IMG/VR virus record: IMGVR_UViG_3300020413_000065 | Span: 1 to 26,403 of that record | Length of the DNA stretch: 26,403 nucleotides | Direction: 5' to 3' (one strand) | DNA from: a virus | Lineage: Duplodnaviria > Caudoviricetes | In this document: positions 1 to 7,239 of the stretch, in pieces | Numbering within the stretch: position 1 is the stretch's first letter | How the letters are laid out: each line of letters starts with the position of its first letter | Notes under the pieces: generated by a model | Told to the model about the DNA's origin: nothing | Seen by the model: the letters and a program-made list of their open reading frames with translations, nothing else | Database searches by the model: none | Made by a program: the position numbers and the translations under genes

Positions 1-402
<402 letters not shown>

Positions 403-428
403 TGTATTAAGGCGACGGTCTTAACACT

Positions 429-595
429 GGGAGTGACTGAATAAACTTACTGGCAATCGCTAGTTAAGGTGATGAGACACAGGTGGTGCTGCTGCGAGAG
501 CAGAATCGACTTACCAGTCGGGTCTCAGGCAAAGAAGGTTTTTTACACTGTAGTAATGCCCCTTCTTTTGTTGGTACACAGTAATCCAACCTCCC
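429..595 (+). ncRNA. manA: Structured RNA, probably the manA RNA motif
   Basis: Closing stem GGGAG(429-433)/CTCCC(591-595); TGAGAC(473-478)/GTCTCA(522-527); CTGC-GAGA-GCAG GNRA hairpin (492-503); CGACT-TACC-AGTCG (507-520); AAAGAAGG(531-538)/CCTTCTTT(561-568); GTTGG(570-574)/CCAAC(586-590); possible pseudoknot ACTGT(547-551)/ACAGT(578-582). GC-richer than flanks and followed by a T-run. The family name is from recall. Confidence 0.75.
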
Positions 596-644
596 CCCTT
601 TTTTGTTATGAATACACACAATACATTTAATACGGAGAATACGT

Positions 645-1526
645 ATGTCTTTTAGTGCTTTAAAGAAATCATCATTTACTGATTTACTTGCGAAAGCAGA
701 AAATCTCAATAAGTCAGAGACTAAAGCAGGTCCTGATGAGCGTCTCTGGAAACCAGAGGTGGACAAAGCAGGAAACGGTTACGCTGTAATCAGATTTCTT
801 CCTGCACCCGATGGAGAAGACCTTCCATGGGCACAAGTTTGGAGTCATGCCTTCCAAGGACCAGGTGGTTGGTATATCGAAAACTCCTTAACAACTTTAG
901 GTAAAAAAGATCCAGTTTCTGATCTTAACAGAGAACTCTGGAACTCTGGTGCAGAAGGTTCACCACAAAGAACTCAAGCACGTAATCAGAAGCGTAAACT
1001 AAACTATTACAGCAACATATATGTTGTTAAAGATAGTGCTAATCCTAGTAATGAAGGTAAGGTATTTTTATATCGTTTCGGTAAGAAAATATTTGACAAG
1101 ATTATGGAATCAATGCAACCCGCATTTGAAGATGAGACACCAGTAAATCCATTTGATTTCTGGAAGGGTGCTGACTTCAAGTTGAAGATCACACGAGTTG
1201 CAGGATTTTGGAACTATGACAAGTCTGAGTTCGATCAACCATCCACATTAGGTGATATGGGAGATAAAGAACTAGAGGGTATTTGGAAGCAAGAACATAG
1301 TCTAGCAGCATTTACTGCTGATGACCAGTTCAAAACTTACGAGGAACTTAAGGGACGTCTTGAGTCAACTCTTAAAGGTAACTTCAGTAAAGCAGTAGCA
1401 GATGAAGACCTTGAAGATTTGAGTGAAGGTCGCACACCACAGGAACCTACTCCAGAACCTGTCATTGCAAATCAAGGAGAAGATGATACGTTATCATACT
1501 TCGCCCAACTAGCAAAAGACGACTAA
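645..1526 (+). CDS. g32: Single-stranded DNA-binding protein gp32
   Basis: DERLWKPEVDKAGNGYAVIRFLP, HAFQGPGGWYIENSLTTLG, GKKIFDKI, GADFKLKI, NYDKSEF; acidic tail ending SYFAQLA; GGAG SD upstream. Confidence 0.97.
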   Translation: MSFSALKKSSFTDLLAKAENLNKSETKAGPDERLWKPEVDKAGNGYAVIRFLPAPDGEDLPWAQVWSHAFQGPGGWYIENSLTTLGKKDPVSDLNRELWNSGAEGSPQRTQARNQKRKLNYYSNIYVVKDSANPSNEGKVFLYRFGKKIFDKIMESMQPAFEDETPVNPFDFWKGADFKLKITRVAGFWNYDKSEFDQPSTLGDMGDKELEGIWKQEHSLAAFTADDQFKTYEELKGRLESTLKGNFSKAVADEDLEDLSEGRTPQEPTPEPVIANQGEDDTLSYFAQLAKDD

Positions 1527-1531
1527 TATTA

Positions 1532-2950
1532 ATGAAAGTCTGTATCGTTGGTGGTGGTTCATCTGGTTGGATGACTGCCACCACTTTTTGTAAAAAATTA
1601 GATTATGAGGTCACTCTCATTGAATCACCAAATGTTCCTATATCTGGTGTTGGTGAAAGCACTCTACAAAATTTCCAACGTTGGATAAATTTCGTTGGTA
1701 TAAGAGATGATGAAGAAGAGTTTATAAAAGAAACAAATGGCACTATCAAACATGCCATTAAGTTTACTAATTTTCTGGAAAAAAATTCTGGGTCATTTTA
1801 CTACCCATTTGGTTTATCTGCCAAAAATCCAAATGGATGGTGGAGTGAACAATTACGTACTGGTAGATTGCATCACAATGAATATGCACAGAATATCAAC
1901 CATGTTGCACTAATCGCTGCAAGGGGTAAGGTTGATTTCAATTCAGATTATGCATACCATTTTGATGCTATCAAGTATGGTCAGTTTTTAAAAAGAAAGT
2001 ATTGCCAGAAAGTAAAACACATCCGTGCTAACGTGGTTAATTACGTTACCAAAGATAGGATAAATTTCTACAGTTTAGTATTAGATGATGGTTCAGAGGT
2101 AGAGGCAGATCTCTTTATAGATTGCACTGGATTTTCTGCCAAATTGATTGGTCAGTTTATGGAAGAAACTTTTGTATCATTTGAGCATATACTGTTCAAT
2201 GATTCTGCATGGACTACCCATATACCTTACAAAGATAAAGAAAAACAATTAACGTCAGTTACCGAATGTACTGCTATTGAAAATGGATGGGTATGGAATA
2301 TACCACTATGGGATAATATTGGTACAGGTTATGTCTATTCTTCTAAGCATATCAGTAAAGAGGATGCCAAACAACAATTCATTAATCATATTGGAACTGA
2401 TGAAGTAGAGTTTAAACATATCCCAATGAGAATTGGAAGACACAAAAACACTTGGGTAGGTAATGTAGTTGCTATTGGTTTAAGTGCAGGATTTGTTGAA
2501 CCATTAGAATCTAATGGTTTGCTTATGGTACATGATAATCTAATTAAACTTGCCAAGACATTAAGACGTGGACCTGCATCGCAACTATTAAAAAAGATGT
2601 ATAATGCAGATGTTAAACGTGATTTTGACCAAACAGCAGATTTTATTGCAATACACTATGCCTTTACCCAAAGAAGAGACACACCATACTGGAATGATTG
2701 TTTTAACAGGGATTATAACTTAGACAAATTATTTTATTATGGTATGCGTGCATATAGTAGTGAATTATATGATCAATCTAAGTACACACATGTTGAAAGT
2801 GGATTTCATTATGTGGCATCAGGTATGAATATATGTCCTTTAACTGAACCTATACACGATTATGTTGACCATGTTGATGAATGGGAAGCAGCAGTAAAAC
2901 AACTTCCTACTGGATATGAATATTTTACATCGAAATATCAGAAAGAGTAG
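1532..2950 (+). CDS. Flavin-dependent (tryptophan-halogenase/PrnA family) halogenase
   Basis: VGGGSSG FAD-binding motif, GVGEST, TIKHAIKF (candidate catalytic Lys), ADLFIDCTGF, WVWNIP (WxWxIP) and FVEPLESNG. Confidence 0.92.
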   Translation: MKVCIVGGGSSGWMTATTFCKKLDYEVTLIESPNVPISGVGESTLQNFQRWINFVGIRDDEEEFIKETNGTIKHAIKFTNFLEKNSGSFYYPFGLSAKNPNGWWSEQLRTGRLHHNEYAQNINHVALIAARGKVDFNSDYAYHFDAIKYGQFLKRKYCQKVKHIRANVVNYVTKDRINFYSLVLDDGSEVEADLFIDCTGFSAKLIGQFMEETFVSFEHILFNDSAWTTHIPYKDKEKQLTSVTECTAIENGWVWNIPLWDNIGTGYVYSSKHISKEDAKQQFINHIGTDEVEFKHIPMRIGRHKNTWVGNVVAIGLSAGFVEPLESNGLLMVHDNLIKLAKTLRRGPASQLLKKMYNADVKRDFDQTADFIAIHYAFTQRRDTPYWNDCFNRDYNLDKLFYYGMRAYSSELYDQSKYTHVESGFHYVASGMNICPLTEPIHDYVDHVDEWEAAVKQLPTGYEYFTSKYQKE

Positions 2951-3545
2951 AACCGACTTGAGTTCCTATACCAACATTTTTCGTTAGTAGATCTTTATAT
3001 ACAGCGACAAAATCTTCAATAATTTCTGGACGTACAATTTGTATTCTTTCTTTTTTAGCATTCAACTCGTCTTCATATTGATAGTTAGATACTGACACTG
3101 TAGGGTTAGCAGTAACTGTTGTAGTACCATTGTAATATGCAACTTGAAAAGTTTGTGGAACTATTTTTCCCGCAGGGCATATCACATTACCATTATCATC
3201 TGTAACTTCTGTAGTTATATAATGTTTAGTTCCTGCAGAGTTAGTATACTTATTTTCAACATACTCCTGTAATTGTTTTACAGAACGTGGCCACTGTGCA
3301 TAGTAATCTGTGATGTCATTAACAATGAGTATTGTCCAATTATAAAAAGGATTTTCATATAGTTGAGTGGCAATATCTTCTGGTCTCTCTCCATTCTGCA
3401 CAATATACTCGTCAAATAAAGTTATTGAAGTTTTAAAAGAAGATAGAATTTCTCCACGTTTCCAAATATTTTTTGCCAGTATAAATTTAGCATCTATTTG
3501 TTTAGATGAAACATTATATAATAAGTCGGGTAAAGATTTTAGCAT
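2925..3545 (-). CDS. g53: Baseplate wedge protein gp53
   Basis: LysM-like GERPEDIATQLYENPFYNWTILIVN, WPRS, VSNYQYEDELNAKKERI; follows g48 in the operon. Confidence 0.88.
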   Translation of the reverse strand: MLKSLPDLLYNVSSKQIDAKFILAKNIWKRGEILSSFKTSITLFDEYIVQNGERPEDIATQLYENPFYNWTILIVNDITDYYAQWPRSVKQLQEYVENKYTNSAGTKHYITTEVTDDNGNVICPAGKIVPQTFQVAYYNGTTTVTANPTVSVSNYQYEDELNAKKERIQIVRPEIIEDFVAVYKDLLTKNVGIGTQVGSTLSDISM

Positions 3546-4780
3546 TAGTATGTTACCGATGGGAGATTGTCAAGAGTAGGATTTCTTTTAAATCTAGGAT
3601 TCTCAGTAGTAAGTCTTGATGCACCTTCCATATCCATTCTTGTGAGAGCAGTTGTCTCTTTGAATTTCAAAGTTAATTGAATCAAGGGTATACTACCATC
3701 AAAAACTGTTTGGAATTGAGAAAGAGGAGTCGTGTTCACTTGGACATTTTGAAGTGCACACAGTTTAGTCTTAGGCATCATGGGATGCTGTATTGCTTTC
3801 TTAGGTTCGTTAGTATTTCTAGAAACTGGTATAAATTTTGGTTCAATGACCCAAACATCTGGAAACTGTAGTAACACTGAACTTCCTCTACCATTTTTTG
3901 TTGCAGGGTGCATACCACGTTTAAACCATTCTATAATTGTTGTTATCTTGTCCGACTCTCCTGCATTTCTTGCTGCCAGTTCAAATGTAAATTCAAATTC
4001 TCTCATACCCATACGTTCAAACATTTGAATAGCATTTTCGTTAGGAGCAAGTCCAGCAAGTCCGACAACGTTTTTCAAATTTATGTCACTGTTTACATTA
4101 AAAGGATTGGAGGCGAATCCTATACCTTTTGTGATACCATCAGCGATATTACCAGCAGCATTTGGATTGTTCTTATTAAAGTTAGTAACGTTTTTATTTT
4201 TACTTAATGCAGTAGTTGCTGCACCAAAACCACCAGATGCGACAGCACCAAGTGTTAGACCTCCTAACGCTTTTAATGGATCGTCAGATATTAGTGCTAA
4301 TGTTCCTAACTTAAATGTATTACTCCACTCAGCACCATATGAATACTGAAACTCATTAGGCATGGGTAAGTGACATGTTTCGCTTTTCAACCCTGATCTA
4401 AACTTATTAATTGCTTCCTTCTTTTGTTCTATTATTTTCTCTGCATTAATCTTCTCACCATCTTTCGTTGTTATATCAGATCCTAAGAAATTAGGACCTA
4501 TGTTAGACAAACCAGGTGCATTGAATGTTGTAGTTCCCTCCGCAATACTGCCAGCATTAGCCGTAGCATCACCAGCACCTGTTAATCCTGCAACAACTCC
4601 TACTGCTTTTGTAATCAAACCATTATCACCTGTCAAAAAACCTCTATCTTGAATAGCACCCAAAGCATCATTCTGATCTTGAGCAGCCTTCTTCATAGCA
4701 GCAGAATACTCATATCTTCTAATACTTAAAAAAGAAGCATATGGTATTTCATTTAGTCCTTCTGGGTATGATAATGACAT
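3545..4780 (-). CDS. g48: Baseplate tail-tube cap gp48
   Basis: LSYP N-terminus, LPMPN, MREFEFTFEL, IIEWFKRGMHP, CALQNVQVN, LTLKFKET; conserved 4-2-48-53 gene order. Confidence 0.8.
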   Translation of the reverse strand: MSLSYPEGLNEIPYASFLSIRRYEYSAAMKKAAQDQNDALGAIQDRGFLTGDNGLITKAVGVVAGLTGAGDATANAGSIAEGTTTFNAPGLSNIGPNFLGSDITTKDGEKINAEKIIEQKKEAINKFRSGLKSETCHLPMPNEFQYSYGAEWSNTFKLGTLALISDDPLKALGGLTLGAVASGGFGAATTALSKNKNVTNFNKNNPNAAGNIADGITKGIGFASNPFNVNSDINLKNVVGLAGLAPNENAIQMFERMGMREFEFTFELAARNAGESDKITTIIEWFKRGMHPATKNGRGSSVLLQFPDVWVIEPKFIPVSRNTNEPKKAIQHPMMPKTKLCALQNVQVNTTPLSQFQTVFDGSIPLIQLTLKFKETTALTRMDMEGASRLTTENPRFKRNPTLDNLPSVTY

Positions 4781-5241
4781 TAATTTTTATGATGGAATTT
4801 TTCTAGAGGTAATAAACTCAATAGTTGCACCTCACTCTCTTGGATTTCAAAGAAGATGCTATCAGCATTCTTCGGAATATATTGACGTAAAGAACTTTTA
4901 GGGAACTTTTTTCTATTTATGGCACTTAGACGAGCATTTGAACTTATATAGTGCATATTTGCACCGATAACGTTACTTCCTTTACCTTCTAAGTAAAATA
5001 TCAATGGATATTGATCCCATTCTACGAGTCTGTCTTTAAATTTTGGATCATATTCAAACATGTACCACTTACCTTCCGATGGTGACTCTACTGCATCATC
5101 TAACAGTATATTAAATATCTCTTCTCTTAATCTGTCTTTGGTTATCGTGCTGCCTTTTACTTGCGACATCAAACTATCAAATCTTGAGCTCCCGTTCAGT
5201 GATGAGTTTGAACTCCCAGAGCCTGTCGTTGCAATAGTCAT
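4780..5241 (-). CDS. g2: gp2-like DNA end protector protein (true start may be the in-frame ATG at 5169)
   Basis: YMFEYDPKFKDRLxxWDQYPLI...GANMHY...LLPLEKF motifs; located between g4 and g48. The 5241 start overlaps g4 by 65 nt. Confidence 0.7.
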   Translation of the reverse strand: MTIATTGSGSSNSSLNGSSRFDSLMSQVKGSTITKDRLREEIFNILLDDAVESPSEGKWYMFEYDPKFKDRLVEWDQYPLIFYLEGKGSNVIGANMHYISSNARLSAINRKKFPKSSLRQYIPKNADSIFFEIQESEVQLLSLLPLEKFHHKN

Positions 5242-5614
5242 GTGCTGCCTTCCATTTTGCTGTGTTAGTTGCGTAAGTAAAAACTTCGTTCAGATACTTC
5301 TTTGTCTTACGCTTCTGAGGTTTAGGACCATCGACCTGTCTTTTTGGTTTAACCTCAATAAGATATGATTTTATACTTCCGTTTGCTTCTTTGACCTTTA
5401 CCCAGAAGTCTGGGAAATATCTACGCCATTTCTTTTGTACTGGATCATAGTATGGGATAGCAATCTCTTCAGACCACCATTGCAAAACTCTAGGAGTTTT
5501 ATCGCACCAGTCCATGAACTTTCGTTCCCACAAAGAACGGTACACTACACCTGTAGGATCACCTTTATACTTCTTGTAATTTCTTACTCTGTATTTTCCT
5601 TTGTAACTTGGCAT
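5177..5614 (-). CDS. g4: Head completion protein gp4 (TnsA-like nuclease fold)
   Basis: YKGKY, KYKGDPT, YRSLWERKFM, WSEEIAIPY, RRYFPDF, LIEVKP, KWKAA, ITEREL. Confidence 0.95.
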   Translation of the reverse strand: MPSYKGKYRVRNYKKYKGDPTGVVYRSLWERKFMDWCDKTPRVLQWWSEEIAIPYYDPVQKKWRRYFPDFWVKVKEANGSIKSYLIEVKPKRQVDGPKPQKRKTKKYLNEVFTYATNTAKWKAAHDYCNDRLWEFKLITERELKI

Positions 5615-5619
5615 AAATA
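5612..5619 (+). promoter_or_regulatory. Late promoter for the plus-strand baseplate operon
   Basis: CATAAATA, 28 nt before the ATG at 5648; AAGGA SD at 5637-5641. Confidence 0.7.
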
Positions 5620-5642
5620 AGGTATGGTCACACCATAAGGAC

Positions 5643-5650
5643 TATTTATG
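5643..5650 (-). promoter_or_regulatory. Late promoter for the minus-strand 4-2-48-53 operon
   Basis: Plus-strand TATTTATG reads CATAAATA on the minus strand, 28 nt before the g4 ATG at 5614. Confidence 0.7.
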
Positions 5651-6352
5651 ACAACCGCAACTGGGGTTAGTACCTTCATTAAAAAGATATTAGATAAGAA
5701 AGGTGGCATATCTGCATCTAATCTATATTCGTTTAATATACAACAACCTAATAATTCAGAGGGATATACCTTTCAAACGTATCTAAAGGAAAATATTGGA
5801 TTTGATGCGAACGCAGAAGAACTTCGACTGCTGTGTAATGAAATACAATTACCAGGTGTTACATACTCTGCTACTGATATAAAATCAGTACACAAAGGTA
5901 TTACCCAAAAAATAGCTGCAGCTAAAGTGTATAATGAACTAGATATCAGTTTCTATATGGATGCTGAGTCTATGCCATTAAAGTTTTTTCGTGCTTGGCA
6001 AGATTACACCATGGGTCACGTAGAACAAAAGGCAAACATATATCGTGAAGACCTCGCAGACCAAAGAGTATTTGCTCAGAGATACTATGATAACTATGCT
6101 TGTAGACTTGACATAAAGAAGTTAGAGAAGTATAATGGTAAGAGTCAAGGAGTCCAAAACCCAAAGGAACCAAAACAAGGAGATCTAAAAGATGTCTGGG
6201 AAGCACATTTGTTCAAAGCATACCCTTATACTGTATCATCTATACCATATTCAGCAGGTCCTGCACAACTTGTAAAAGTTAGTGTTGGATTTTACTATGA
6301 GTATAGTCACTTAAAATTACCAAAAACACCTATACCTAATTCTGCGAATTAA
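5648..6352 (+). CDS. Tail-tube-fold baseplate protein (gp54/gp19-like tube initiator)
   Basis: LLCNEIQLPG, YNELDISFYMD, FFRAWQDY, L.KAYPYTVSSIPYS and LVKVSVGFYYEY are typical of the tube-protein family; divergent from g4. Confidence 0.72.
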   Translation: MTTATGVSTFIKKILDKKGGISASNLYSFNIQQPNNSEGYTFQTYLKENIGFDANAEELRLLCNEIQLPGVTYSATDIKSVHKGITQKIAAAKVYNELDISFYMDAESMPLKFFRAWQDYTMGHVEQKANIYREDLADQRVFAQRYYDNYACRLDIKKLEKYNGKSQGVQNPKEPKQGDLKDVWEAHLFKAYPYTVSSIPYSAGPAQLVKVSVGFYYEYSHLKLPKTPIPNSAN

Positions 6353-6355
6353 ATC

Positions 6356-7054
6356 ATGCCATTACCTGAAATTGTTACGCCAACGTATACGTTGACGGTG
6401 CCTTCTACAAAAAAGAAAATTAAATATCGTCCATTCTTAGTCAAAGAGCAAAAATTATTAATAATTGCTCTAGAGAATAACGATCAAGAACAAACCTTAG
6501 ATGCAATCACCAAGGTATTGAGGAGTTGTATACAAACTAAAATAGTATTTGATGACCTAGCGTTGTTTGATATAGAATACATATTCTTACAGATACGTGC
6601 TAGATCAATCAGTGAAGAGATAGAACTTAAAGTAACATGTGCTGATGATGGTGAAACTGAAGTTAACGTGTCATTCTTAGTTGATGATGTCAAAGTAAAC
6701 TTTCCAAAAGGACATAAAAATGTTATTAAGTTGACTGAAGATATCACTGTCGAGATGAAATATCCAGACTTAGACTACTTTGCTGCTGTTAACTTTGCAA
6801 ATAAAAAAGTAGATCCCTATGATCTAGTAGCTAAATGTATCAAAAGAGTATATGTTGGTGAAGACGACTCTGGATCATTTACTTTTGAAGAAGCAAAAGA
6901 ATGGGTTGAAAAACTTACAAGCGAACAGTTTGATAACATTCAAAACTTTTTCAACACTATGCCAACCCTTAGACATGAATTGAAGGTAAAGAATCCTAAG
7001 ACTAAGGTAGTAAACCCTGTAGTTATAGAAGGGTTAGCAGATTTTTTCGCATAG
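6356..7054 (+). CDS. g26: Baseplate hub assembly protein gp26
   Basis: MPLP..TPTYTLTVPS, IKYRPFLVKEQK, FDIEYIFLQIRARS, FFNTMPTL, C-terminus IEGLADFF. Confidence 0.9.
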   Translation: MPLPEIVTPTYTLTVPSTKKKIKYRPFLVKEQKLLIIALENNDQEQTLDAITKVLRSCIQTKIVFDDLALFDIEYIFLQIRARSISEEIELKVTCADDGETEVNVSFLVDDVKVNFPKGHKNVIKLTEDITVEMKYPDLDYFAAVNFANKKVDPYDLVAKCIKRVYVGEDDSGSFTFEEAKEWVEKLTSEQFDNIQNFFNTMPTLRHELKVKNPKTKVVNPVVIEGLADFFA

Positions 7055-7072
7055 CCCTCTTTCAAGAGGGCT
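7042..7072 (+). promoter_or_regulatory. Putative -1 programmed ribosomal frameshift signal (slippery heptamer plus hairpin)
   Basis: T TTT TTC at 7042-7048 in the g26 frame; hairpin AGCCCTCT-TTCA-AGAGGGCT at 7053-7072; the -1 frame is open into g51. Confidence 0.7.
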
Positions 7073-7074
7073 TG

Positions 7075-7239
7075 ATGACCTTCTATCAAACTAATTTTTC
7101 TCTTGTCCAACATCATAAATATAGCTTGACTGATATTGAAAACTTAGTTCCTTGGGAAAGGGAAGTCTATGTTAACTTGTTATCTTCTCACTTACAAAAA
7201 GAACGAGAACGTATAGAAGAGGAAAATCGTAAACGATGA
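7075..7239 (+). CDS. g51: gp51-like baseplate hub assembly catalyst (54 aa; absent from the ORF track)
   Basis: Translated by hand: MTFYQTNFSLVQHHKYSLTDIENLVPWEREVYVNLLSSHLQKERERIEEENRKR. HHKYS...IENxxPWERxVY is the family motif. ATGA overlap with the next gene. Confidence 0.88.
   Translation: MTFYQTNFSLVQHHKYSLTDIENLVPWEREVYVNLLSSHLQKERERIEEENRKR
7114..7121 (+). promoter_or_regulatory. Possible internal late promoter within g51
   Basis: CATAAATA within the H-K-Y codons, 114 nt before the ATG at 7236. Confidence 0.45.

Noticed and set aside
429-595. tRNA, CRISPR array or self-splicing intron in the pebS-g32 gap
   Set aside because: No cloverleaf or T-loop, no spaced direct repeats, and it is intergenic and too short for a group I/II intron.
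464-766. 100-aa minus-strand ORF
   Set aside because: Antisense to the structured RNA and the g32 start; no recognisable motif.
5177-5614. TnsA-like nuclease as a transposon or homing endonuclease
   Set aside because: It is the core T4-like gp4 in its usual gene context; no terminal repeats or other transposition genes.
7053-7072. Hairpin after g26 as an intrinsic terminator
   Set aside because: No U-tract follows it on either strand and it lies mid-operon. A frameshift stimulator or RBS-sequestering stem fits better.
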